This document shows positions 1 through 15,617 of a DNA stretch of 64,000 nt, in pieces. Within the stretch, counting starts at the first letter, position 1; the number at the start of each line of letters is the position of its first letter. The notes below the pieces were generated by a model. The model did no database searches and was not told the origin of the DNA. It saw nothing but the letters and a program-made list of their open reading frames with translations. Source of the DNA: an uncultured Alphaproteobacteria bacterium (lineage in GTDB: Bacteria > Pseudomonadota > Alphaproteobacteria > HIMB59 > GCA-002718135); NCBI GenBank assembly GCA_902621725.1, contig CACNND010000001.1:8562-72561 (forward strand), written 5' to 3'. Both the position numbers and the translations under genes were made by a program.

Positions 1-1
1 T

Positions 2-1371
<1,370 letters not shown>

Positions 1372-1386
<15 letters not shown>

Positions 1387-2121
1387 AATACTATAAATCA
1401 AAAACTCTTTATTTCCTTTTGGTCCAGTTATTGGACTTTCGACTAAACCTACAACTTCAGCCTTAATTGTTTTTTTAAACCAATTAGAAATATCATTACA
1501 TACTTTTTCATGAATCAATGGATCTTTCACAATACCTTTTTTCAAATTTATTTTATTAGTTTCAAATTGTGGCTTAATTAGTGAAATAATCTCAGCTTTA
1601 CTTGATAAAAGCTTCAAGCTAGGTTCTATAACCTTTGTTAGACTAATGAAACTAACATCACAAACTATCAAATTAATTTTTTCATGAATTATTGAGTTAT
1701 CTAAATATTTAGCGTTAAAATTTTCTATACTAATAATTTTTTTTTCTTTTTTTAATTTTTCATGAAGTTGATTTGTACCAACATCAATAGAATATATTTT
1801 TTTAGCTTTTTTTTTTAAAAGAACTTCTGTGAATCCACCAGTTGATGAACCGATATCTAGACAAATTTTATTTTCAATATCAATCTTAAAATGATCAATC
1901 GCTTTCAATAATTTGAATGCACCTCTTGATACCCATTGAGGATGAAGTTGTTTAATTTTTATTTTTGAGTTTTCATTAAAACTGTTACCGCTTTTGGTAA
2001 TAATTTTATCGTTTACATAAACTTGACCAGCCATAATCATAGATTGGGCTTTTGATTTAGTATCAGCTAAGTTTCTATCCATTAAAAGCTGATCAAGTCT
2101 TATTTTTAGATTTTTACTCAA
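1372..2121 (-). CDS. tlyA: TlyA-family rRNA 2'-O-methyltransferase (S4 + FtsJ-like)
   Basis: RLDQLL S4 domain, [45 protein letters not shown]. Confidence 0.96.
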
Positions 2122-2130
2122 ATTTGAAAA

Positions 2131-2349
2131 TTACTTAAAATCTTCTTTTGTGACTTTATTGTTTTCTTGCTTAATTTTTTTAATTTGGCTTTCAATACTT
2201 TTTAATTTTTCCTCGCATGCTTTTTTTATATTCATTCCTTCTTCGTAAAGTTTTACAGATTCTTCTAAGTCAACTTCACCATTTTCTAATTTCTCTACAA
2301 TAGACTCAAGTTTTTTTAAATTATTTTCAAAATTATTATCTTTATTCAT
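2131..2349 (-). CDS. xseB: Exodeoxyribonuclease VII small subunit
   Basis: FENNLKKLESIVEKLENGEVDLEESVKLYEEG pattern; 72 aa. Confidence 0.95.
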   Translation of the reverse strand: MNKDNNFENNLKKLESIVEKLENGEVDLEESVKLYEEGMNIKKACEEKLKSIESQIKKIKQENNKVTKEDFK

Positions 2350-2635
2350 TAGATGTATCTATTTTTGTAATATTTGATGTATGTATATCATATATTAAAG
2401 CATAAACTTTATCATTACTTTTTATTGTAAACAAAATCCTATTATTATCAATCATATCTATATCTGTAATTTTATGCCCTTTTTCTAAATTTAAATTGTA
2501 ATCAATTAAATTTGTTCCTAAATTACTTTGTTTTTTTGTTGTTTTTATATACAAACCATAAACAAGAGCTAAAAAACAAATAACAATTAATATACCTAAA
2601 AATATTACAATAAATTTAAGAATTTTTTGAGACAT
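2342..2635 (-). CDS. Small hypothetical protein with N-terminal TM helix
   Basis: 97 aa, hydrophobic segment ILKFIVIFLGILIVICFLALVYGLY; stop overlaps xseB start by 8 bp. Confidence 0.7.
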   Translation of the reverse strand: MSQKILKFIVIFLGILIVICFLALVYGLYIKTTKKQSNLGTNLIDYNLNLEKGHKITDIDMIDNNRILFTIKSNDKVYALIYDIHTSNITKIDTSNE

Positions 2636-3605
2636 GAACGAATTCTATAATCTTAAATTAACTATAAATAAACAATTAAGTTCACAAAGATTAGATAAAG
2701 TGCTCGTTTCAAAATTGGAAGGGTATTCAAGAACACAAATAAAAACTTTAATATTAAATGGCAATGTAAGTCTTGATGAAAAGGAAATAAAAGATCCATC
2801 TTACATAACTAAAGAAAATGAAAATTACTTTATAAATATTATCTTGAAACAAGAAACAAAACATTCAGCTGAAAATATAAACTTAAACATTGTTTTTGAA
2901 GATGAAGATTTAATTGTTATAAACAAACCTCCAAATTTAGTAATGCATCCAGCTCCTGGAAATGAAAGCGGCACTCTTGTGAATGCTCTTATGCATTACA
3001 CTAATAATCAACTAAGTAATTTAGATGATAATGCTAGACCAGGAATAGTCCATCGTTTAGATAAGGATACAAGTGGAATTCTTGTTGTTGCAAAAAATAA
3101 TAATGTTCATATTAATTTAGCCGAACAATTCAAAGAACATACGATATCTCGGAGATATAAAGCAATAGTTTGGGGAACTCCTGATAATCAATCAATTGAA
3201 GGGTACATAGAGAGAAATAGAAAAAATAGAAAAAAAATGAGTTTAAATAATAAGGGTTTTGGAAAATATTCTAAAACCGATATTAAATTAGAAAAAACTT
3301 TTGGTATTGCTAGTTTAGTTGACTGCCATTTACATACTGGAAGAACACATCAAATTAGACTTCATTTAACTTCTAAAAATTCTCCAATTATTGGTGATAA
3401 AATTTATGGAAAAAGTAAAATTAATCAATTCGGAAAGGATAAAAATACATTTAATAAATTTATGATATTGAAAAATTTTAATAGACAGGCATTACACGCG
3501 TATCATCTTGGTTTTGAGCATCCTACATCAAAAAAAAGGATGATTTTTAATATTAAAATTCCTGAAGATTTTAAGAATTTAATAGAATTATTGCTTAAAT
3601 ATTAA
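2634..3605 (+). CDS. rluD: 23S rRNA pseudouridine synthase RluD
   Basis: S4 domain RLDKVL, NKPPNLVMHP, RPGIVHRLDKDTSG (catalytic Asp), TGRTHQIR, RQALHA; upstream of rpoH as in alphaproteobacteria. Confidence 0.95.
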   Translation: MNEFYNLKLTINKQLSSQRLDKVLVSKLEGYSRTQIKTLILNGNVSLDEKEIKDPSYITKENENYFINIILKQETKHSAENINLNIVFEDEDLIVINKPPNLVMHPAPGNESGTLVNALMHYTNNQLSNLDDNARPGIVHRLDKDTSGILVVAKNNNVHINLAEQFKEHTISRRYKAIVWGTPDNQSIEGYIERNRKNRKKMSLNNKGFGKYSKTDIKLEKTFGIASLVDCHLHTGRTHQIRLHLTSKNSPIIGDKIYGKSKINQFGKDKNTFNKFMILKNFNRQALHAYHLGFEHPTSKKRMIFNIKIPEDFKNLIELLLKY

Positions 3606-3635
3606 TTTATAATTTATTTATGGTATAGGGGTTTT

Positions 3636-6863
<3,228 letters not shown>

Positions 6864-6871
<8 letters not shown>

Positions 6872-8219
6872 GGTAGGGCCTTATTAATTTTTTTATTTCT
6901 AGAGATTTCTTTTTAACCTCAGTAATTTCTTTCCCTTCAACTAATATTCTTACTAATGGTTCCGTACCAGATAGCCTAACAAGAGATCTAATTTTTTTAT
7001 TATTATATGATTTATCATTTTTTAAATTACTAAGAATCCTTAACAATTTTCTATTCTTAGTTTTATAACTTAAATTAATTTTTTCCTGAGCAAAATCATT
7101 ATATAAATTAAATAATTTACTTGCCTTATTTTTATTTGATATCATAATTTCAGTAATTTTTAAAGCTGCTAAAATTCCATCACCTGTATTAGAATACTTA
7201 GATAAAATTATATGTCCTGACTGTTCACCACCAATCATAGATTTAGATTTTTTCATTTGATTTATAACGTTTATGTCACCAACTGATGTGCGTTTAATTT
7301 TTAGTTTTAATTTTTTTGTAAGATAATTTTCTAAACCCATATTTGACATAATAGTTATAATGACATCATGCTGATTAGATTTATTATTGGGTTTTATAAA
7401 TGTTTTACATAGCAACCCTATAATTTTATCACCATCTACTTCTTTTCCTTTTTCATCTATAACTATTATTCTATCTCCATCACCATCAAATGCAAATCCA
7501 ATATCTGCTTTTTCTTTTAGTACATTTTGCGAAAGCGATTTAACATCAACTGCACCACAATTTTTATTAATGTTTAAACCATCCGGATTATTATTAATGG
7601 CTATTACATTATGGCCAAGCTCCCAGAAAATATTTGGAGCTATATTGTAAGTGGCTCCATTTGCACAATCTAACACAATTTTTAATTTTTTCCTGGGGGA
7701 TATTTTATTTAAAGTACTCTTTAAAAATTCTGAATATCTGCCTGAGGCATCCTCAAGTCTTTTTGCATTACCAGATACAAATGTGTTGTTTGAAATTTTA
7801 GAATATTTTTTATTATCTAAAACTATTTTTTCTACTTTTTTTTCTATTAATGAACTTAATTTTGTTCCAGTACTATCAAAAAATTTAAGTCCGTTATATT
7901 CATAAGTATTGTGAGATGCAGTTATCATTACTCCAATATCAGCTCTTAAAGTTTTAATCATTAAAGGTACGGCTGGGGTTGGTAGTGGGCCAACTAAAAT
8001 TACATCCATGCCCATAGAAATAAATCCAGCTGTAACAAGCGGCTCATATAAATAACCAGATAACCTTGTGTCTTTACAGATAACAACTCTACTATTTTTA
8101 GAATTTCTCTTTTTAAGTAAAAACGCTACTGTCTTTGAAATTTTGAGACAAGTTTCAGCAGAAAGAGGTTCCTCATTAACTAAGCACCGTATACCATCGG
8201 TACCGAATATTTTAGACAT
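6864..8219 (-). CDS. glmM: Phosphoglucosamine mutase
   Basis: FGTDGIR, KDTRLSGY, ITASHN, FDGDGDR, GGEQSGH, RLSGTEP. Confidence 0.97.
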
Positions 8220-8263
8220 TTGTGTCTTTTATTCAAAAAAATAAATAAAGTGAAGTAATTAAA

Positions 8264-10165
8264 TTAGTTTGCCGGAGCAGGAGCAGATCCACCTGTTTTT
8301 GGAACAGATGTGGCTGGTTTTTTTGGAGTGTTTATATCATTATCAAAATCATCACGAGTTGGCTTTATACCTTTAATTAAATCTTTAATTTCATCACCTG
8401 ATAATGTTTCATACTCTAAAAGTCCCTTAGCAACTATATGCAATTCTTCAATGTTATCTTGAAGTATTTTTCTACAATTATTTTCAGCTTCTTCCGCAAG
8501 ATATCTAACTTCTTCATCGATTAATTTTGCTGTAGAGTCAGATAAATTTTTTGATTGTGCAACTGAATGACCGAGGAAAACTTCTTCACTATCATTATTA
8601 TATCTTAGACGGCCTAATTTTTCACTCATACCCCATTCAGTAATCATTTTTTTTGCTAGGTTTGTCACCATTTGAATATCGCTTGCTGCACCATTTGTAA
8701 TTTTATCTTTGCCAAAAATCATTTCTTCTGCAATTCTTCCACCTGTTGCTATTAATAGGTGTGCTTTCATTTGATCTTTTCTCATAGACAACTGATCTTT
8801 TTCAGGAAGTCTCATAACCATGCCTAATGCTCTACCTCTTGGTATTATAGTTGCCTTATGTATTGGATCAGATGCTGGTGAGTGAAGAGTTGCTACTGCA
8901 TGGCCAGCTTCATGATAAGCCGTAAGTTTCTTTTCATCTTCAGACATAACCATAGATCTTTTCTCAGCACCCATCATCACTTTATCTTTCGCACTTTCAA
9001 AATCTTCAAGTGTAACCATTCTTTTATTTTTTCTAGCAGCTAAAAGTGCTGCTTCATTGACTAAATTTGCTAAATCAGCTCCGGAAAAGCCTGGTGTGCC
9101 CCTAGCAATTATTTTTGAGTCAAATTTTGGTGAAACTTTAATTTTTTTAATATGAACTTTAAGAATTTTATCTCTTCCCATTACATCTGGGTTATTTACT
9201 GTTATTTGACGGTCAAATCTTCCCGGTCTTAAAAGAGCAGGATCAAGAACATCGGGTCTGTTAGTTGCTGCAATAATAATTACTCCTGCATTTGCTTCAA
9301 ATCCATCCATTTCAACTAGAAGTTGGTTTAAGGTTTGTTCTCTTTCATCATTACCTCCGCCTAAACCAGCGCCTCGATGCCTTCCAACAGCATCAATTTC
9401 ATCAATAAAAACTATACAAGGTGCATTTTTTTTACCTTGGTCAAACATATCCCTAACTCTGCTTGCTCCAACTCCTACGAACATTTCAACGAAGTCAGAT
9501 CCTGAAATGGAGAAGAAAGGAACATTTGCCTCACCTGCAATTGCTCTTGCGAGTAACGTTTTTCCAGTTCCTGGAGGGCCTACAAGAAGAGCACCTCTTG
9601 GAATTTTACCTCCTAACCTAGAAAATTTTGAGGGATCTTTGAGAAATTCAACAACTTCTTCTAATTCCTGTTTTGCTTCATCAATACCCGCAACATCATC
9701 AAACGTAACTTTACCAACTGCCTCATTTAATAGTTTTGCTTTTGATTTTCCAAAGCCCATTGCTTTTCCTCCACCAGATTGCATTTGCCTCATGAAAAAT
9801 ATCCATACACCTATTAATAATAGCATTGGGAACCACGATAATAATATGCTTAGAAGAGGGTGCATGGATCTATCTGCAGGTTCTGCAGTAATCTTAACTC
9901 CGCTCTCATTTAGTTTATCAACTAGATTTGGGTAATTTGGAGCATAAGTTGAAAATGATCTGCCATCATTTAGAAAACCTGTAACATTATTGCCACTTAT
10001 ATTTACTTCAGAAACATTTCCACTTTCTGTAGCAGCGATAAAGTCAGAAAATGAGATTTTGGACTTGTTATTATTGTTTGAAGTGCCTTGAAATAAGTTG
10101 AATAATACAACTAATAGTAAACCTATAATTATCCATAATACTAAGTTTTTGCTTATGTTTTTCAT
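8264..10165 (-). CDS. ftsH: ATP-dependent zinc metalloprotease FtsH
   Basis: Two TMs, Walker [18 protein letters not shown] motif, HEAGH zinc motif. Confidence 0.99.
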   Translation of the reverse strand: MKNISKNLVLWIIIGLLLVVLFNLFQGTSNNNNKSKISFSDFIAATESGNVSEVNISGNNVTGFLNDGRSFSTYAPNYPNLVDKLNESGVKITAEPADRSMHPLLSILLSWFPMLLLIGVWIFFMRQMQSGGGKAMGFGKSKAKLLNEAVGKVTFDDVAGIDEAKQELEEVVEFLKDPSKFSRLGGKIPRGALLVGPPGTGKTLLARAIAGEANVPFFSISGSDFVEMFVGVGASRVRDMFDQGKKNAPCIVFIDEIDAVGRHRGAGLGGGNDEREQTLNQLLVEMDGFEANAGVIIIAATNRPDVLDPALLRPGRFDRQITVNNPDVMGRDKILKVHIKKIKVSPKFDSKIIARGTPGFSGADLANLVNEAALLAARKNKRMVTLEDFESAKDKVMMGAEKRSMVMSEDEKKLTAYHEAGHAVATLHSPASDPIHKATIIPRGRALGMVMRLPEKDQLSMRKDQMKAHLLIATGGRIAEEMIFGKDKITNGAASDIQMVTNLAKKMITEWGMSEKLGRLRYNNDSEEVFLGHSVAQSKNLSDSTAKLIDEEVRYLAEEAENNCRKILQDNIEELHIVAKGLLEYETLSGDEIKDLIKGIKPTRDDFDNDINTPKKPATSVPKTGGSAPAPAN

Positions 10166-10216
10166 TTATTATAATAAATAGGAATTAATTGTAAAAACAC
10201 AATACTTTTATACTTA

Positions 10217-11188
10217 TTAGTTGCTTATTTTAGAAAAAAACAAGGAATTGTCTACCTTTTTAATTAACATACCCTTAAGGTTAAATACTTTAAATTTTTT
10301 GCTTTTAATCTGATTGATTAGATTTTGTGTTTTACTGGATCTTAAAAACCTTAACTCATTATAAAAAAAAATGTAAATTTTTTTTATTAATTTTTCTAAA
10401 ATTAAATCATCAAATTGCTTAAATTTAAATAAATTAATTTCTATATAATTTTTATTTATTGATATTATGTTTTTAAGCAATACTTCAGAAATCATAATTT
10501 TATATAAAACCATATTTGATTTTATATTTTTAAAATCGGATTTAATTTCATCAAAAGTTTTTTTATTTAAACTTTTTAATGAATGCCTAATTATTGATCT
10601 AGTATAATTTAAATTTAGATTTGTTGGATCTTGTATAAACGGTATATTTTTAGTTGTATTATAATTTAAAATATCATTTTTGGAAAAATTCAACAATGGC
10701 CTCACAAGTATGATATTATTTTTTTTACTAATAAAATCCATTGAACCCAGACCTTCAAAATCACTTCCAGCTACTCTTCTATTTATATAAGTTTCTATAT
10801 TGTCATCTTGATGATGAGCAACAAATAGATAAATTAAATTATTTTTTGTACAATAATTTAGAAGTAAATCATATCTATTACTTCTTGATTCACTCATATT
10901 TTTTTTTTGTACTTTTTTTTTCCTAACTGTAAAAATTTTACATTTGATTTTATTTTTTTTTAAAAAATTAGCTATTGCATTAGCCTCTGTTAAAGACTCT
11001 TTTCTAATATTGTGATTAACAATTAATGCTATCAATTTTCCATCTACTTTTTTTATCCATTCTTTCATTAAAAAAAGAAGTGCCATACTGTCAGGGCCAC
11101 CGGAAACAGCAACTGGTACAATAGGTTTATTTTCAAAAGTTATAAATTTATTAAGATTATTTATGAAATTTTTTTGATTAAGTTTCAT
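10217..11188 (-). CDS. tilS: tRNA(Ile)-lysidine synthetase
   Basis: PP-loop AVSGGPDSMAL, VNHNIR, AHHQDDNIET, RPLL, QDPTN; between cpoB and ftsH. Confidence 0.92.
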   Translation of the reverse strand: MKLNQKNFINNLNKFITFENKPIVPVAVSGGPDSMALLFLMKEWIKKVDGKLIALIVNHNIRKESLTEANAIANFLKKNKIKCKIFTVRKKKVQKKNMSESRSNRYDLLLNYCTKNNLIYLFVAHHQDDNIETYINRRVAGSDFEGLGSMDFISKKNNIILVRPLLNFSKNDILNYNTTKNIPFIQDPTNLNLNYTRSIIRHSLKSLNKKTFDEIKSDFKNIKSNMVLYKIMISEVLLKNIISINKNYIEINLFKFKQFDDLILEKLIKKIYIFFYNELRFLRSSKTQNLINQIKSKKFKVFNLKGMLIKKVDNSLFFSKISN

Positions 11189-12096
11189 TACTCAGAGATT
11201 AAACATTGATATTCCTTGATATTTTTAAGAGCATTTTTTTTAAATTTAGAATTTGGATAATCTAAATTTAATTTTTCTAATGTTTTGCATGCGTCTTCTA
11301 TTTTATCTACATTATATAAAGACTCAGACAGCTTAAATAGCATATCTGGTGCTTTAATACTTTTTGGAAATTTTTGATAACCTTCGGCAAATATCAATGC
11401 AGCATCTCTATATTTTTTTTCTAGAATATAAAGCTCACCTAACCAATAATGAGCTGAACCTGCTAATTGATTTTTAGGATTATTTATAATAAAATCATTC
11501 AGTGATTTTTTTGCTAAATCCCAATCTTTTTTTCTTACATAATCAAACGCTGCTTGAAATTGCTCTTCTGGCGATAAATTAACTTCAGTTTCGATATTTT
11601 CTTCTTCTTGCACCAGATCTAAATTATCGACAGCTTCTGTATTTTCTGATGTTATTTTTAAAGAGCCTAGAGTATTTTCCTCGCTTATTTCATAATTATT
11701 TTCATTATTTAAATTTAATTTTTTCTCAGAAGTAAGCTGTGAGTTATTTAATTTTATTAAATTTTGGTCAATTAAATTGATAGATTTTTCAAAATTATCA
11801 ATTTTTAATAATATATCTTCAAATTTAAAAATAATTTCTTCAAAATTTGAATTAAGATTTTTTATATCTTTTTCTAAATCATAAATTCTCATATCTATTG
11901 ATGATAAATTTGTTACCATATCACTTTTGTTTTCTAAATTGGAATTATCAATGTTTGAAAAAACTGTTTGTGATAGATCAGACACTTCACGTTGAAGCCT
12001 ATCTAATTGTTGTTGAATAGTTAACAAATTATCATTTGCTAATAGTGAAGAAGAAAAAATTATATTAATTAAAAATAAATAAAAATATTTAATCAT
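11188..12096 (-). CDS. cpoB: Tol-Pal-associated TPR protein CpoB/YbgF
   Basis: Signal peptide, coiled coil, C-terminal TPRs (AGSAHYWLGE, FPKSIKAPDMLFKL); follows pal. Confidence 0.92.
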   Translation of the reverse strand: MIKYFYLFLINIIFSSSLLANDNLLTIQQQLDRLQREVSDLSQTVFSNIDNSNLENKSDMVTNLSSIDMRIYDLEKDIKNLNSNFEEIIFKFEDILLKIDNFEKSINLIDQNLIKLNNSQLTSEKKLNLNNENNYEISEENTLGSLKITSENTEAVDNLDLVQEEENIETEVNLSPEEQFQAAFDYVRKKDWDLAKKSLNDFIINNPKNQLAGSAHYWLGELYILEKKYRDAALIFAEGYQKFPKSIKAPDMLFKLSESLYNVDKIEDACKTLEKLNLDYPNSKFKKNALKNIKEYQCLISE

Positions 12097-12132
12097 ATAA
12101 GAAATTTTAATTATAAATTTGGATATAAATAA

Positions 12133-12154
12133 GGCGCTATAATTATATAGCGCC
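12133..12154 (-). terminator. Intrinsic terminator downstream of pal
   Basis: Perfect 9-bp stem ggcgctata-atta-tatagcgcc, followed by TTATTT on the minus strand, about 20 bp after the pal stop. Confidence 0.75.
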
Positions 12155-12173
12155 CGTTGTATTAAGGATAATA

Positions 12174-12695
12174 TTAATTAACTATTGTTACTGATCTTCT
12201 ATTTTGAGCCCATGCTCCGTCATTAGATCCCACTACTGCAGGTCTTTCTTTGCCGTAGCTTATAGTTGAAACCCGATCGGGGTTTATACCTAATCCAATT
12301 AGATAATTCTTAACTGCTTGAGCTCTTTTCTCGCCAAGTGCTAAGTTGTACTCCCTTGTACCTCTCTCATCACAGTGACCTTCAATAGTGACGGATACAT
12401 CGCTATTTTGTTTAAGCCAAGCAACCTGATCTTGTAGTAATTCTAGAGCATCAGAATCTAAATCTGAACTATCATATCCAAAAAAAACTCTATCTCCAAC
12501 ATTCACAATTAGATCTTCCTGGGATCCAGATACGATACCACTACCAGCAGTTTCTGTTATAGATCCTTCATCAACAGAACTATCAGATGAGCTTGATGAT
12601 CCACTACCAGATGAGTCTGCAGTATCAGTTGGTTTTGTTGCACATGCTGCAACAAACAATATTAAAAATGATGTAATAAAAAACTTGTAAAACAT
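12174..12695 (-). CDS. pal: Peptidoglycan-associated lipoprotein Pal
   Basis: Lipobox VAAC, Ser-rich linker, EGHCDERGTREYNLALGEKRA, SYGKERP, NRR. Confidence 0.98.
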   Translation of the reverse strand: MFYKFFITSFLILFVAACATKPTDTADSSGSGSSSSSDSSVDEGSITETAGSGIVSGSQEDLIVNVGDRVFFGYDSSDLDSDALELLQDQVAWLKQNSDVSVTIEGHCDERGTREYNLALGEKRAQAVKNYLIGLGINPDRVSTISYGKERPAVVGSNDGAWAQNRRSVTIVN

Positions 12696-12800
12696 ATAAA
12701 ACTCGCTCCCTTAATACTTTGCTAGCTATACTTTATTATATTATCGTTTTTTAACATTTTTTTTTATATTTCATATATATTTTTCTATAAATATAGTGAA

Positions 12801-14120
12801 TTAGTGCATTAATGGAGACCAAGCTGGATCTGACCCCCCAAGCGGAGTAATAACTCTTCTTTCATTATAACCCGTCAAATCTATTGAATATAAGCTAGAT
12901 TCACCACCAGATCCATCTTGATCAGTCCTTTCTTCTTTAAAATACATTAAAAATCTTCCATTTGGAGCCCAAGTTGGTCCTTCAACATGAAATGATTTAG
13001 CAATCATTCTTTCATTTGAACCATCCTTTTCCATTACTCCAATATAGAATTGACCTCCTTCTTGCTTTGTGAAAGCAATCATGTCTCCTCGAGGTGACCA
13101 AACTGGGGTATAATAACTGCCAGACTCTCTACTAATTCTTTTTGTATTTTCACCATCTAAATTTGTTACATACAAATGTCTTCTACCACTTCTGTCAGAA
13201 TTAAAGACTATGTTTTTTCCATCAGGAGAAAAACTTGCAGAAACATCTATTGCAGAGTTATTGGTAACACGTGATGATATTCTAGTTTTTAAATCCAGAA
13301 TATAAATTTCTGAATTTCCAATGTCTGGGTCTGTATAAGACATCACAATTTTATTTCCATCAGGTGAAAAACGAGGCGCAAATGTCATTCCGGGAAATTC
13401 TCCAACTATTTCTTGCTTTCCAGTTTCAATATCAAATATATAAACTCTTGGATTATTTCTATTAACATAAGACATATAAGTAATCTTTTGCGAATTGGGT
13501 GAAAACCTTGGGGTTAGTACCAAGTATGAACCATCCGTTAAGAAGCGATGATTTGCTTGATCTTGATCCATTATTGCTAATCTCTTTTGTTTATTCTCTT
13601 TTGGCCCTGTTTCAGCTACGTATACAATTCTTGTATCAAAATAACCTCCCTCACCAGTAATATTTTTAAAAACAGAATCAGAAATTATATGAGCAACTCT
13701 TCTCCAATTCTTTTCACTTGTTTGATATTTTTTTCCAACTAGTTGCTTTTGTTGAAATACATCATAAAGTCTAAATTCCACTGATATTTTTCCGTTAGAA
13801 CCAGAAATTTTTCCTGAAACTAAATGCTGTGCTTTTATAACTTTCCAATCTTCAAAACGCGGATTTTCAGATAGTGAGCTTGTATCTTGTATAAAAGCTT
13901 TTTTATCTAAAGGAATAAAAAGACCAGATCTTTCCAAATTATCTGAAATAACAGTTGATATATTTTTACCTACTTGAGTTAGCTGTGAATTTTTTGAAAA
14001 TAGTTCTGTAACAGCTATTGGAGTTGGTTTAACACTACCCTGTGTTAAAGTCACTTCTAATGAATGGATTTTAAAACTAGAAAATAAAAAAAGGGTTATT
14101 AAGAAAACTTTTTTCATCAA
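12801..14120 (-). CDS. tolB: TolB
   Basis: GGYFDTRIVYV, PD40 repeats (PRFSPN, PRFSPD, PVWSPR, PAWSP); tol operon. Confidence 0.97.
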   Translation of the reverse strand: MMKKVFLITLFLFSSFKIHSLEVTLTQGSVKPTPIAVTELFSKNSQLTQVGKNISTVISDNLERSGLFIPLDKKAFIQDTSSLSENPRFEDWKVIKAQHLVSGKISGSNGKISVEFRLYDVFQQKQLVGKKYQTSEKNWRRVAHIISDSVFKNITGEGGYFDTRIVYVAETGPKENKQKRLAIMDQDQANHRFLTDGSYLVLTPRFSPNSQKITYMSYVNRNNPRVYIFDIETGKQEIVGEFPGMTFAPRFSPDGNKIVMSYTDPDIGNSEIYILDLKTRISSRVTNNSAIDVSASFSPDGKNIVFNSDRSGRRHLYVTNLDGENTKRISRESGSYYTPVWSPRGDMIAFTKQEGGQFYIGVMEKDGSNERMIAKSFHVEGPTWAPNGRFLMYFKEERTDQDGSGGESSLYSIDLTGYNERRVITPLGGSDPAWSPLMH

Positions 14121-15187
14121 TATCCCTTCATAATACTATAATCAAAAGTAATTGTAAGATTTTTCCATAAATTATATTTATCTTTTGGAAGTTTTAAAGG
14201 TGTACATTCTGGATTTAAAAGGGTTCTCATAGCACTATCAGTAATTGGTCCATAAAATGGATTAGTTTTAGCTATATTTGTGTCAACAATGCGGATGCTA
14301 CTTGGTGAAACCTTCATATTTTGTAATATTTTTGCTGAAATTGTTACTTTGTCTCCTCTTTCTATAACTGCACCTGCTGGAGCATTCCAACAAGAAGATA
14401 ATTGCTGCCTCAACAGGTCTATTTCAGATATTGATAGCATAATATTGTCATCAGTATCATCTGTACTTTTATTATCAACCTCTTCAACCTCTTCCTTAAC
14501 CTCTTTTTGAATCATATTTGTTTGTTCATTTCTTAAATCTTTAAGCATTGATGCTATGCTAAAATCTTTCTCAGGTTTCGGCTTTGGTTTAGATACGGTT
14601 TTATCATTTTCCAACTTTGGTTTATCCTTTATGTTTGTTTCAACATCTAAATCCGATTTAACATTTTCATTATTTATAATTTTTGGCTTTGGCTTGAGTT
14701 TTGGTTTAATTATATCAGTTTTAATTGTTTCTACTTTTTTCTTAACCTCTAAAATTTCCTTTTCTTTAATAACTACTTTTTTTGTTTCCTTAACTTCTAA
14801 ATTTGGAGTTTGTTTCATTTCCAAAACTGGTTGATTTGGATTAGTTTTTTCTTCAATTTCAGTTTTATTTATTTCAACATTTTTTTTTACTTCTAATTGA
14901 TCTGATGAATTAAATTTTTTTTGCTTAGTAATTGTTTCCTTGTTTTTATTTTCTGGTTTTTCAGTATCAGATTTTTTCAAATTTGTATTTTCATCAACAT
15001 TAAGTATTTCAATAGGTATTACGTTTGGAACATAGATTTCTTTTTGAGAAAAAAAATTTGGTAAGCCGACCATAAACAAAAGGATAATTAAATGTATTAG
15101 TGTTGAAAAAATAACTCCTGATGTTTTAGGATTTAAATTTTCAAAAAAGTTTATAATTTTTAAACTATTATAGCTTATACGCTCCAT
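14117..15187 (-). CDS. tolA: TolA
   Basis: N-terminal TM with S-x3-H, long K/E/P-rich stalk, C-terminal domain with Cys pair (SSCWN...PEC); between tolR and tolB. Confidence 0.88.
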   Translation of the reverse strand: MERISYNSLKIINFFENLNPKTSGVIFSTLIHLIILLFMVGLPNFFSQKEIYVPNVIPIEILNVDENTNLKKSDTEKPENKNKETITKQKKFNSSDQLEVKKNVEINKTEIEEKTNPNQPVLEMKQTPNLEVKETKKVVIKEKEILEVKKKVETIKTDIIKPKLKPKPKIINNENVKSDLDVETNIKDKPKLENDKTVSKPKPKPEKDFSIASMLKDLRNEQTNMIQKEVKEEVEEVDNKSTDDTDDNIMLSISEIDLLRQQLSSCWNAPAGAVIERGDKVTISAKILQNMKVSPSSIRIVDTNIAKTNPFYGPITDSAMRTLLNPECTPLKLPKDKYNLWKNLTITFDYSIMKGY

Positions 15188-15616
15188 CTATTGCTCAAGA
15201 TTTTGAGTAATTAATGCAACTTTAATATATCCTGCTGAATTTATTATGGACATAATTTCCATAATCCTTCCATAAGCTACCACTCTATCACCTCGTATAT
15301 AAATTCTTGCTTCTGTGTTTTGTTCAGTAATAGCGTTTAGTCGAGGAATTAAATTTTCTACTTCAACCTTTGATTCTCCAATGTAGACTTCTCCGTCTAA
15401 TTTAACGGTTATCTCAATTGGATCTTTAATATCAGTTAATGCAGTAGCTTTAACCTTTGGTAAATCAACTTTAATTCCAACCGTTAGAAGAGGTGCGGTA
15501 ACCATAAAAACAATTAGTAAAACAAGCATAACATCTACAAAAGGTGTAACGTTAATTTCACTCATTTGAGTGTACCTTTGCTTTTTTCGTTTGTTTAAAT
15601 TATTTGAAGTAATCAA
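15188..15616 (-). CDS. tolR: TolR
   Basis: SEINVTPFVDVMLVLLIVFMVTAP, IRGD..VAYG. Confidence 0.97.
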   Translation of the reverse strand: MITSNNLNKRKKQRYTQMSEINVTPFVDVMLVLLIVFMVTAPLLTVGIKVDLPKVKATALTDIKDPIEITVKLDGEVYIGESKVEVENLIPRLNAITEQNTEARIYIRGDRVVAYGRIMEIMSIINSAGYIKVALITQNLEQ

Positions 15617-15617
15617 T

